Source of the DNA: Myxococcota bacterium
Lineage (GTDB): Bacteria > Myxococcota > Kuafuiibacteriia > Kuafuiibacteriales > Kuafuiibacteriaceae
NCBI GenBank assembly: GCA_036788295.1
Contig: DAIQNR010000003.1
Location: 74,211 to 138,210 of the forward strand
DNA: 64,000 bases
Reading direction: 5' to 3'
Positions 9,981 through 18,505 of the stretch are shown here, one piece after another. Made by a program: the position numbers and the translations under genes. Position 1 is the stretch's first letter. Each line of letters opens with the position of its first letter. Below the pieces are notes generated by a model. That model was not told the DNA's origin, did no database searches, and saw only the letters and a program-made list of their open reading frames with translations.

Positions 9981-10242
9981 CCCAAAGCCAGGCCCAGGGA
10001 CGCGAAGCTCGACGCCTTCTTCGGCTCTTTTCCGATCCGCGACCTCGGGCGCGGGATTCGTCGGGCGAGGCCTTGCGGCAGCAGCGGTGACGGCCTAACC
10101 ACCACCTCGTGGGTGTTCCTGCCGTTTGGCTCACACCGAGTCCCATGAGATTTCGCTCGCCTATCGGCAGACGGCATTTCTTCCCCAGCCCGCGCCTCGA
10201 CCTGTTGCCGCATGGCGCCGCGGCGGCGCCGTGATGGCGACT

Positions 10243-10710
10243 TCAGCAGGGGAGGCGCTCGATCTCGGCCATCAGCGCCGACATCCGGCCGAGCTGAGCG
10301 CAGACCTCGGCGATGTCGAGCTCCGGTTCGGACCGCAAGGCGAGCGCGGCGAAGAAGTCCCGCGCTGACACCATCCCGACCGGTCGTCCCCCGCCGTCGG
10401 TCACCGGCAGGTGGCGAAACCCATGCTCGAGAATGAGCGCGTAGCACTCGAGGACCGGCGTCTGTTCGCCCACCGTCATCGGGGCCCGGGTGCAGACCTC
10501 GGCCACCGTCGTCGAGCTCGGCGAGCGACCCGCCGACACGACCCGATCGAGCACGTCCCGCTCGGTGAACATGCCGGCCACCTTGCCCTCCTCGAGCACC
10601 ACCACGGCTCCTACGTGATGCTCCGTCATGCGCTGCGCGGCCCGCTCGACCGTCTCCTCGAGCGGGACCGTGATGACATGGGTGCGCATGAGCTTTCGGA
10701 CTTCCTGCAT
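10243..10710 (-). CDS. CBS-domain protein
   Basis: MQEVRKLMRTHVITVPLEETVERAAQRMTEHHVGAVVVLEEGKVAGMFTERDVLDRV… is a tandem CBS pair. A strong SD (GAAGGAGGGATC) precedes the ATG at 10710. The longer track ORF start at 10863 lacks an SD. Confidence 0.75.
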   Translation of the reverse strand: MQEVRKLMRTHVITVPLEETVERAAQRMTEHHVGAVVVLEEGKVAGMFTERDVLDRVVSAGRSPSSTTVAEVCTRAPMTVGEQTPVLECYALILEHGFRHLPVTDGGGRPVGMVSARDFFAALALRSEPELDIAEVCAQLGRMSALMAEIERLPC

Positions 10711-10907
10711 GATCCCTCCTTCGGCGGTGAGGCCGGGGCACCGCGGTGGATGCCAACGGGGCAAACTAGCCACGCGCAGCAACGGTCGCAACGCGACTTC
10801 TTGGCGCGGCGACCGGCCGGCCCCGAACCGAGGGAGGGAAGGCTTCCCGCGCGGTCCCCCCAATGGCGGATTGAGACCTACATTTTGACCGTGCGAGCCT
10901 CCCCGGC

Positions 10908-11357
10908 ATGTCCGTCCCCTCTTTGCTCGAACTGGCCGACCCGGCCGTGCTCGAACGACTGCACGCGGAGGTCCAGCACGCCGACGCTGCTCCCCTGCTC
11001 GCCCAGGCCGAGCTGGCCATCGAGGAGGAGCGCTTCGAGGACGCGCACCTCTTCTTGGCCGGCGCGCTGACCGCCGATCCGGAGCGGGCCCGCGCTTTTT
11101 GCGCCCTGGGGCGGCTCGCCGAAGAGGTGGGCGAGCTCGAGGCCGCCGAGCAGGCGTACCGCCGCGCGACGGAGTTCGAGGACGAGGGTGCAGCGCTCGA
11201 CCTGGCCGCTCTGCTCACCGGTTCGGGTCGCTTCGAGGAGGCGGTGGCCATCGCGACCGCGCTCGAGCTCGAAGCAGGCTCGGCCGAAGTTCGGGAAGGG
11301 GCCCGGCTGCTCGCCGGTCGGGCCTCGGCCCGGGGAGCTCGCCATGTCCAGGGTTGA
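10908..11357 (+). CDS. Small TPR-like/helical repeat protein
   Basis: Helical Ala/Glu/Leu-rich repeats (…FEDAHLFLAGALTADPERARAFCALGRLAEEVGELEAAEQAYRRATEF…). Its stop overlaps the start (ATG 11344) of the downstream RNB gene by 14 nt. Confidence 0.4.
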   Translation: MSVPSLLELADPAVLERLHAEVQHADAAPLLAQAELAIEEERFEDAHLFLAGALTADPERARAFCALGRLAEEVGELEAAEQAYRRATEFEDEGAALDLAALLTGSGRFEEAVAIATALELEAGSAEVREGARLLAGRASARGARHVQG

Positions 11358-14300
11358 CCGACGGTCGCCTCGCCCAGTTCCACCGGGGAAAACCGCGGGT
11401 TCGGCGAAGACCCGCGCCACGGCGGATGGGGCGCCGATCCACGACGCCCCCACCTCCCAGCCGTCGCCCGATCGGTCGTGGGAGAACGGGCGCCCGGAGC
11501 GCTTCGGGACCTCCGAGCCCTCTCGATCGGTGGGCGGGGCCAAAATCGTGGCCGAGGCCCAGCGCCGGGCCGGCATCGGCAAGGACGCCATCGCGGTGCG
11601 GATGAAGGACGAGTTGCCGATCGCCGAGGGCGAATCGGTGACGGGCATCCTGCGCCGCAAGCTGAATGGCGATCGGCTGGACCTTTCGATCGAGCTCGCC
11701 GATGGAAAGAGCCTTCGGCTCGACGCGAAGCAGGCGCTCGGGGTCCCCAATGGCGGCCGGCTCACCCTGCGCCGGGACGGGAAGGTGAGGCTCGACCCGG
11801 AAAACAGCGACCACGTCCGAAGCTTCGTGGGCCGGGTGGAGCTGGTCTCGGGGAAGCCGCACGCGGTGAGCACCGATCCGCTCGCCCCGTTTCCTCGCCT
11901 GCCGCTGTCCGAATTGGCCGGGGCCCGCCCCGGGGATCAGGTGCTCGTCCACGTCGAGGCCGGGCTGTCCGACCGGCGGTCCGGGCTCGTCGAGCAGGTG
12001 ATCCCAAAAGACGCGGCGTGGCCGGCGACGTTCACGAAGCTCGCGGTCGAGATGGGTGTGGAGGCGACGTTCGGTCCGAAGGTTCGGGCCGATGTCGAGA
12101 GGCTCGTCGCCTCGTTCGACCCGGCATCGATCCCGGGCTACAAGGATCTATCGGAGAAGCCGTTCTTCAGCATCGACAACCCATACTCGAAGGACTTCGA
12201 CCAAGCGATGCACATCGAGCCGACCCCGGGCCAGCCCGGTAAGCTCGATGTTCTCTACGCGGTGGCCGACCTCGACTTCTTCATGAAGCTCGCCGGGGAA
12301 GGCTCGGCGCTCGCCGAGCGCGCCCACCGGATCCAGACCACGACCTATCTTCCGGAGATGGACTTTCCGATCCTGCCTCGGGAGCTGAGCGAAGGGATCT
12401 GCTCGCTCAACGAAGGGGAGCGGCGCCCGGCCTTCGTCGTGAAGTTCACGGTCTCGCCCGACGGAAAGGTGGAGGCGCCCGAGTTCCTCGACGCGGTCAT
12501 CGTGAACCGAAAGAACGGGAACTATGGCGAGGCGCAGGCCCATCTCGACGGGCAGCGGGTGAAGGACCCCGCCTACGCGGGGGGAATCGACCGCCTGGGT
12601 GAGGTGGGGCGCCGGCTGCTTGGCGACGCCGAGCGCCGGGGCATGTTCACCGCGTCCGAAGGGGAGGCGTGGGCCAAGCTCGACCCTCGCACCGGCGGGA
12701 TCAGCCTCGAGCACCGAGGCGAGAAGTGGGTGGAGGCGGCCAACGCGCAGGTCTCGATTGCGGCCAACCGCCTGGTTGGCCGGTTCCTGCTCGACAACGC
12801 GGCGCCCGCGTTCCACCGCCGCCACGAGGAGCCGGACGCGGCCAAGCAGGACGGCGCCCGGCGCGTCCTGTCGAAGCTCGGGATCACCTGGGCCCCGGGC
12901 GAAGAGCCGTCGGCGGTGCTTGCCCGGATCGATTCGTCCACCACCAAAGGCCGGGCCGCCAAGCGAGCGGTGCAGCGCACCTTGCCCCGCGCCCACGTCT
13001 CGGCCGAGCCCGGCGCCCACCACGGGCTGAGGGTCGAGGAGTACGTGCAGAGCACGGCGCCGATGCGCCGGGCCCGAGACGCGCGCAACCACGCTTTCGT
13101 TCGGGCGGTGCGGGACGGCAAGACCCCCGATCGGAGCCGGCTGCCCGACGAGATCGCGCGGGCCCAGGAGGCCGAGGACCGCAGCCGGCGGCTCGACTGG
13201 GAGGTGAGGGCCCGGATCGCGACCGCCGCGCTCGCGGAGCACGTCGGCAAGCCGCTCGAGGCCGAGGTGCTCGGGGTGTCGCCGTGGGGGGTGAACCTGC
13301 GGTTTCCGTCGGTTGGCGTCGAGCTCGGGGTGCCGTTTCGGACGCTCGGCCTCGGGCGATTCGAACTCGGCGAGGACGGGACGGTCGCAAAGAGCAACGG
13401 CGTCGAGTTCCGGCTCGGGCAGAAGGTGCAGGCGAAGTTGCTCGAGGCCGATCCCCACGCGGCCCGGGCCCGGTTCGAGTTCCCGGGCGCGGCGGCGGTT
13501 CGCTCCCCGGGGAAGACCGGGAAGGCGCGGAGCGCCTCGGGGCCGGTCCGCGCGCTGTCCGAGGTTCGGGGCGACGGCTTCGAGTCCCCGCTCGTCGGGC
13601 AGCGGGTCCGCACCCGCGGGGTGGTGACGGCGGCCCACAAGGCCGGCTTCTTCTTGGTCCCCGAGGGCGCCGCGCCGGGCGCCGTGACTGGAGGGATCCA
13701 GGTCCGGACCAAGGCCCACGTCCGGCCCGGCGACGTGGTCGAGGTCGATGGGCAGGTCCACGAGCGAAAGAAGGCGGACGCCCCCTACGATCGCTCGGTC
13801 GTGGAGCTGGTCGAGGCCAAGGCCCAGGTCGTCGGGAAGACGGAGCCGCCGCCCGCGCTCGCGCTGACCGAGACGGTGCCGGCGGACAGAAAAGAGGCCG
13901 TCGAGTTCTGGCGGCAGCGGCTCGGGCAGCGGGTGAAGGTGGGACCGGCCACCGCGCTCGCGCCGAGCAACCCGTTTGGCGATCTCGTCGTGCTGCCCCA
14001 GGGCTGGGAGCCGGCGGGGGCGACTCGGACCGCCCGCGGCGGCGTGCTGATGCCGGACGGTGAGTTCAACCATCAGCACGTCGGGCTGAAGCTGCCCCGC
14101 GGGGCGGCCGCGTCGGTGGCGGTGGGCGACCAGGTGAACGGCACAGAAGGGGTCGTCATCTATCGCTCGGGCGGGTTTCAGGTCGAGCTCTCCGAGGCCC
14201 CCTCGGTGACGAAGGCCCCCACGTCCCCGGCGCCGGTCAGCCCTCTTGCCCCCGAGCCGGGAAAGATGGTGGTCGCGAACGTCAACGCCTTGAACCTCCA

Positions 14301-15117
14301 CCCGGGGGAGACGAAGCGGGCGGCGGCGCTCGCCGACCGGATCGTGAATGGTCTTTTGAGCCCGGACGTCATCGCGCTGCAGGAGATCCAGGACAACGAC
14401 GGGCCGGCGGCCACCGGCACCACCGCCGCCGACAAGACCTATGGGATGCTCATCGACAAGATTCAGCAGGCGGGCGGGCCGCGCTACGCCTGGTTCGACA
14501 TCCCCCCGCAAAACGGACAGGACGGCGGCCAGCCTGGTGGCAACATCCGCAACGGCTTTCTGTACCGGGAGGACCGGGTGAAGCTCGACGAGGAGTCGGT
14601 GGCCCGGATCGGCGAAGGCAACCCCGCCTTCGACGGGACGAGAAAGTCTTTGGCCGCCGTCTTCGAGATGGAGGGTCGCCGGCTGCTGGTGGTGAACAAC
14701 CACCTGTCGTCCCGGCGGGGCTCCTCGCCCTGGACCGCCGACGTCGAGGTCCCGGTGGTGGGCAAGGCCGAGGCCCGCCAGGCCCAGGCCGAGGCGGTGC
14801 GGGCCTTCGTCGATGCCGCCCGAACCAAGGAGTCAGGGCTCGACGCGGTCATGATCGGGGACATGAACGACGGCCACCGCTCCCCTGCGGTCGAACGTTT
14901 GACCCGGGGCGGGTTCGACGACATCACCCTGAAGGTCCCTCCGGCCGATCGCTTCGACTACAACTACCGAGGCACGCTTCAGACCCTGCAGCCGGTGGTC
15001 GGTAGCCCTGGCCTCGCCCAGCGCACCGAGGCCGCTTTCCTTCACAACAGCGTCTACGAAGGCGTGAAGGACTCGGACCACGATCCGGTCGTGGTCCGCA
15101 TCGACATGCGGTCCTGA
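11344..15117 (+). CDS. Multidomain nuclease: RNase II/R-family RNB exoribonuclease domain + central OB/S1-like region + C-terminal endonuclease/exonuclease/phosphatase (EEP) domain
   Basis: RNB catalytic motif PFFSIDNPYSKDFDQAMHIEP (the RNase II/R 'IDxxxxxDxDDA' region) sits at ~aa 280. The C-terminal ~300 aa carry EEP features (MVVANVNALNL…DVIALQEIQ…LVVNNHLSSRRG…DAVMIGDMND…SDHDPVVVRIDM). The single ORF is 1257 aa from ATG 11344; the track's longer start at 11188 runs through Arg-rich sequence. Confidence 0.8.
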   Translation: MSRVDRRSPRPVPPGKTAGSAKTRATADGAPIHDAPTSQPSPDRSWENGRPERFGTSEPSRSVGGAKIVAEAQRRAGIGKDAIAVRMKDELPIAEGESVTGILRRKLNGDRLDLSIELADGKSLRLDAKQALGVPNGGRLTLRRDGKVRLDPENSDHVRSFVGRVELVSGKPHAVSTDPLAPFPRLPLSELAGARPGDQVLVHVEAGLSDRRSGLVEQVIPKDAAWPATFTKLAVEMGVEATFGPKVRADVERLVASFDPASIPGYKDLSEKPFFSIDNPYSKDFDQAMHIEPTPGQPGKLDVLYAVADLDFFMKLAGEGSALAERAHRIQTTTYLPEMDFPILPRELSEGICSLNEGERRPAFVVKFTVSPDGKVEAPEFLDAVIVNRKNGNYGEAQAHLDGQRVKDPAYAGGIDRLGEVGRRLLGDAERRGMFTASEGEAWAKLDPRTGGISLEHRGEKWVEAANAQVSIAANRLVGRFLLDNAAPAFHRRHEEPDAAKQDGARRVLSKLGITWAPGEEPSAVLARIDSSTTKGRAAKRAVQRTLPRAHVSAEPGAHHGLRVEEYVQSTAPMRRARDARNHAFVRAVRDGKTPDRSRLPDEIARAQEAEDRSRRLDWEVRARIATAALAEHVGKPLEAEVLGVSPWGVNLRFPSVGVELGVPFRTLGLGRFELGEDGTVAKSNGVEFRLGQKVQAKLLEADPHAARARFEFPGAAAVRSPGKTGKARSASGPVRALSEVRGDGFESPLVGQRVRTRGVVTAAHKAGFFLVPEGAAPGAVTGGIQVRTKAHVRPGDVVEVDGQVHERKKADAPYDRSVVELVEAKAQVVGKTEPPPALALTETVPADRKEAVEFWRQRLGQRVKVGPATALAPSNPFGDLVVLPQGWEPAGATRTARGGVLMPDGEFNHQHVGLKLPRGAAASVAVGDQVNGTEGVVIYRSGGFQVELSEAPSVTKAPTSPAPVSPLAPEPGKMVVANVNALNLHPGETKRAAALADRIVNGLLSPDVIALQEIQDNDGPAATGTTAADKTYGMLIDKIQQAGGPRYAWFDIPPQNGQDGGQPGGNIRNGFLYREDRVKLDEESVARIGEGNPAFDGTRKSLAAVFEMEGRRLLVVNNHLSSRRGSSPWTADVEVPVVGKAEARQAQAEAVRAFVDAARTKESGLDAVMIGDMNDGHRSPAVERLTRGGFDDITLKVPPADRFDYNYRGTLQTLQPVVGSPGLAQRTEAAFLHNSVYEGVKDSDHDPVVVRIDMRS

Positions 15118-15125
15118 CCTTCATC

Positions 15126-15180
15126 GGCCCGACCCTCCATGGGGCCGGACCCTCCATGGGCCCGGACCCTTCACCGGCCC
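15126..15180. repeat. Approximately 17-bp degenerate tandem repeat (ccggaccctccatggg) x3 in a convergent gene junction
   Basis: ggcccgaccctccatgggg / ccggaccctccatgggc / ccggacccttcaccggc, read directly. It lies between the RNB-EEP stop (15117) and the last codons of the minus-strand J-domain-like gene. Confidence 0.6.
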
Positions 15181-16043
15181 GGGGATGAGCCGCCCTGGCC
15201 CGGCTCGTCCTTGGCGCTCGTCGCTCGGGCCGCCTGAAGCGCCCTCACCTCGGCCTCGATCTGCGGCTCGGTCAAGATGCCTTGCTCGACGAAGTACCTG
15301 CCGATCGGTTGCTGCAGGACCCGTTGCCGGCCAACGATGGCCAGCCGCTGAAACGGGGTCATCCAGCCCCGCCTCACCGCGTAGTCGCAAAACAGCTCGC
15401 CCGGCTCCTTCTCGCGCAGCGCGTCCAGGACCTGGTCGTCGGCCAGAATGCCCCAGGACTTCGCGATCTGGCCCACCGCCGGGCGCTGCGCCCGCTGCCA
15501 AGCGACCGCGGCGATCAGCTGGCGGAGCGTGATCAGGCCACGCCGGTGCAGGTGGCGGCCAAGCACCACCGTCCGCTCCACCGCCTCGGCCGGCGGCGGC
15601 GAGGGGCGCCGCTCGGCCAGGGCCTGGGTCTGGGCCTTCAGTTTGCCGAGCGCCTCCTTCAGCCGCTGGGTGGCTGCCTCGACGTCCCCCCCCGCGTTCT
15701 TGGAGGGCCGGGGCGCGTCGATGGTCACCGAAGAGAGCGGCGCGGGGCGGGGGTTCCACCGCCGGGGGGTCCGGTCCAGCTCATCGAGGACCGGCATCAC
15801 CCACGCCGCCTTCTCGGGCCCGAGCACGTCGGCGAGCAGGTCGAACGCGAGCGCGACCCCGCGCAGCGCCTCGGAGAGCTCCTCCTTCGACTTGCCCTCC
15901 GCATCGGGGTGGGGCGCTCGGTACTGCGCGGCTCGGGCCCGAAACGCTCTGGCCAGTGGGTCGCGAAACAGCACGAAGCCTCCCCCTCGAAGGTCCTCGC
16001 CGAAGATGATTTGGTACGCCTGGTGCAGTCGATGGGTCGTCAT
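15171..16043 (-). CDS. J-domain-like (HPD motif) protein with two GspE-N/MshEN-like helical repeats
   Basis: The N-terminus HQAYQIIFGEDLRGG…ARAAQYRAPHPDAEGKSKEELSEALRGVALAFDLLAD resembles a degenerate DnaJ J-domain with an HPD tripeptide. The C-terminal half has two 'GLITLRQLIAAVAWQR…/…YFVEQGILTEPQIEAEVRALQ' repeats like the T2SS-E N-terminal (MshEN) fold. SD GGGAGG precedes the ATG at 16043. The upstream 460 codons of track ORF 15171-17432 are antisense to the next gene and rejected. Confidence 0.5.
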   Translation of the reverse strand: MTTHRLHQAYQIIFGEDLRGGGFVLFRDPLARAFRARAAQYRAPHPDAEGKSKEELSEALRGVALAFDLLADVLGPEKAAWVMPVLDELDRTPRRWNPRPAPLSSVTIDAPRPSKNAGGDVEAATQRLKEALGKLKAQTQALAERRPSPPPAEAVERTVVLGRHLHRRGLITLRQLIAAVAWQRAQRPAVGQIAKSWGILADDQVLDALREKEPGELFCDYAVRRGWMTPFQRLAIVGRQRVLQQPIGRYFVEQGILTEPQIEAEVRALQAARATSAKDEPGQGGSSPGR

Positions 16044-16168
16044 GGGTCCTCCCTGCGCCGGTGTAGGTGACCGCCGCGGATGTAGGACTAGGTACGAGGC
16101 GCACTCCATGCGGTCAATGGGAGCGACGCGGCGAGATCTTCGCCTGCGCCGAACCGAGACACCCGCGC

Positions 16169-18448
16169 TCAGGCGCTCGGCTTGCCGGCCTCGCGGGCCC
16201 GGACCGGGGAGGCGCGGACGGTGTCGAGCTGCACGAGGCCCCCGCTGCCGAACCGTCCAAAGGACAAGACGCCGGTCGGGCACTGCTGCACGCAGGCCGA
16301 GCAGCGGACGCACTGCGGGTCGGCCATCGGCGCCCCCTTGTTCGCAAAGCTCATGATGTCGATGCCCTGGTGGCACACCGAGGTGCATACATTGCAGGAG
16401 ATGCACTTCTTCTTGTCGGCGAAGATCCGGAACCGAGAGAAGCGAGCATAGATGTGCATCAGCGCCGCGAGCGGGCAGGCAAAGCGGCACCACACCCGGC
16501 CGCTGAACCAGAAATACAGGCCGACCCCGAGGACCCCAGCGAGCCATAGATCGACCAAGTAGGCATAATTCAGCATGGAGAAGCCAAAGAGGCCCCCCTC
16601 GTTGAGGGCGAGCCGAAACCCGGCCTCGGCCGTTTGTCCAATCAGGGTATCGGGGACGGTCCAGGCCACGATCCGAGCGCCAAACAGCAGCAGGCAGACC
16701 GCGAGCAGAACCTGCCCCACCATGTTGAGCTGGTTGTACACCGGGCCGTGGGGCATCTTGTGGCGGTGGCGGTCCCCCATGGTCTCGGCGAGCGCGCCGC
16801 ACGAGCAAATCCACCCGCAGTAGGCGCCCTTTCCGTAGTAGTAGATGAGGAGCGGGATGAGGACGAAGGTCTGCACCGCACCGATCGCGAGCCACCAAGC
16901 CATGGGGCTCGGGGTGAAGAAGTTCCAGATGAAGAGCGGCCAAGCGAGGATGAACCCGAACGCTCGCCAGTACTCCCGCCCGTGGTCGTAACCCACCGCA
17001 GGAAAGAGGTTGTCGGCGAAGGTCTTGCCGAATCCAGCGTCGAACCCACCGTTGTGCCCGATGTAGGGGAGGATGAGGTAAGGGAGCAGGAACAAGGGCA
17101 GGATCTGAAATCCCATGAGGGTCATGGTCTGAGCGGTGACATAAGGGGTCCGTCTTCGCCGCATCCGGTCGATGCCGAAGCCGACGATGGCCGCGGTATA
17201 GATGAATGAGTAGTAGAAGCCGGGCTGGCGCAGCGTGATGGCCAGGGTGCCGAGCGCGGTGGAGGGATCTGCCGCCGCGGGGCCGAGCCCCGCGAGCCAG
17301 CCGGGCACGTTGTACGGAAACCACTGGTTCTGCTCGAAGGCCCGGGCGATGAACCCGTTGGTCTTCCAGTGGTACACGAAGATGCAAAACGACAAGAACA
17401 GCGCGAGCGACAGATAGGTCGAGGTGCGCCACTCTCCGCGGATGGGCACTCCGGAGCGCCGAAAGAAGTCGAGCGGGGCCTCCCGGCCGATGAGGGACAG
17501 GACGGTGTCGATCTTCATCCGCTCGAGCTCGCCCGCTTGGTTCTTCAGCACGACCGCGTTGTCCTCGATCGCGTCCACCTGGGTGCCGAGCTTCACTTCG
17601 AGCCGCGGGCCCGCTCGCTCGAGCGCGGCGAGATTCTCCGGTTTTGGCCTCGTGAGCGCCTCTTTCCGGTGGGCGAGGGTGACCTCGGCGCCCGCCCGTT
17701 CGAGCAGGACCGCCGCCTCCACCGCGGCGTCCCCCCCGCCGACGACGAGCACGCGCTCTGCGGCGTGGTCGGCCGGGTCATAGAGCCGGTTTTTGGCCCT
17801 TTCTTCTCCGGGCACGCCGAGCTGGCGGTGCTGGCCGCTTCGGCCGATGGCCACGATCACGCGCTCGGCGGTGAGGGAGCCGTCCTGGTGCTCGACGACG
17901 AGCTCGCCTCCCGCTCGGCGAATCCTCGTGACCTTCGCCGGGGTCACTTCGATGCCCTCGGTCTGCGAGACGAGCTCCTCGACGAGCGCCTCCTTGACGT
18001 TGGCCGACACCACGAGGGATCCAAGAGGGTTGAAGTCGGAGGGGTAGGTGTAGATCGGCTTTTTCTTCGGGAAGTTCTGGAGGGTCGAGAAGCGCCCCGA
18101 GGCTTCGAGCACCGCGAAGCGAAGCCCGGCCTTCTTCGCTTCGACCGCGGCCGACATCCCGGCCACGCCGGCGCCGACGATGACGAGGTCGAGCCGGCCG
18201 GGGTCTTCTTGGCGGCGAAACCCCGGGTCCGCGAGCAAGGTTCGGACCGCGCGGGCCCCCCCATCGACGGCGAACTTCAACAGCGGGACGCCGGTGAGGT
18301 CGCCCACGACGAAGAGGCCCTCGACGCTGGTGCGTCCGTCTTCGCGAATCTCGGGGAGCGGCTCCACCGCCCCTGCCGGCCAGCGGCCGTGCAGCCAGTG
18401 GGTGTACCAGGCGATCGGGTTCATGGCGGCGATGGTACGGCATCGCAT
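16169..18448 (-). CDS. FAD/NAD(P)-binding oxidoreductase fused to a polytopic membrane domain with Cys clusters and a C-terminal 2x[4Fe-4S] ferredoxin motif
   Basis: N-terminal Rossmann dinucleotide motifs (DLVIVGAGVAGMSAAVEA…; RVLVVGGGDAAVEAAVLLERAGAEVTL). These are followed by ≥6 hydrophobic helices with CGWICSCGAL, then CISCNVCTSVCHQG and CVRCSACVQQCP. SD GAGGAA lies 10 nt before the ATG at 18448. The track ORF extension to 19228 is antisense to the enoyl-CoA hydratase gene. Confidence 0.8.
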   Translation of the reverse strand: MRCRTIAAMNPIAWYTHWLHGRWPAGAVEPLPEIREDGRTSVEGLFVVGDLTGVPLLKFAVDGGARAVRTLLADPGFRRQEDPGRLDLVIVGAGVAGMSAAVEAKKAGLRFAVLEASGRFSTLQNFPKKKPIYTYPSDFNPLGSLVVSANVKEALVEELVSQTEGIEVTPAKVTRIRRAGGELVVEHQDGSLTAERVIVAIGRSGQHRQLGVPGEERAKNRLYDPADHAAERVLVVGGGDAAVEAAVLLERAGAEVTLAHRKEALTRPKPENLAALERAGPRLEVKLGTQVDAIEDNAVVLKNQAGELERMKIDTVLSLIGREAPLDFFRRSGVPIRGEWRTSTYLSLALFLSFCIFVYHWKTNGFIARAFEQNQWFPYNVPGWLAGLGPAAADPSTALGTLAITLRQPGFYYSFIYTAAIVGFGIDRMRRRRTPYVTAQTMTLMGFQILPLFLLPYLILPYIGHNGGFDAGFGKTFADNLFPAVGYDHGREYWRAFGFILAWPLFIWNFFTPSPMAWWLAIGAVQTFVLIPLLIYYYGKGAYCGWICSCGALAETMGDRHRHKMPHGPVYNQLNMVGQVLLAVCLLLFGARIVAWTVPDTLIGQTAEAGFRLALNEGGLFGFSMLNYAYLVDLWLAGVLGVGLYFWFSGRVWCRFACPLAALMHIYARFSRFRIFADKKKCISCNVCTSVCHQGIDIMSFANKGAPMADPQCVRCSACVQQCPTGVLSFGRFGSGGLVQLDTVRASPVRAREAGKPSA

Positions 18449-18505
18449 CGCCGTGGTTTCCTCGCCGCCGTTGACGGGGCCCCTGGGCTTCGGCAGCGTC
18501 CGGGC

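Noticed and set aside
9996-10030. cgaag-N8-cttcg hairpin followed by ctcttttcc after the stop of ORF 9561-9980
   Set aside because: The stem is short (5 bp) and the T-run is interrupted. It is a possible but unconvincing intrinsic terminator.
10209-10225. Perfect palindrome ggcgccgcggcggcgcc just downstream of the CBS gene stop
   Set aside because: It could be a terminator stem, but the loop is only 1-3 nt and no U-tract follows. This is too weak to call.
12148-14703. 851-aa minus-strand ORF, and 12669-14063 +
   Set aside because: Alternate frames of the RNB-EEP gene, whose + frame shows both catalytic domains.
15171-17432. Upper two-thirds of the 753-aa minus ORF, and 17369-18505 of the + ORF
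   Set aside because: Only the 3' 290 codons (J-domain-like gene) and the 3' 259 codons (enoyl-CoA hydratase) look like protein. The remainder is antisense to the oxidoreductase gene.
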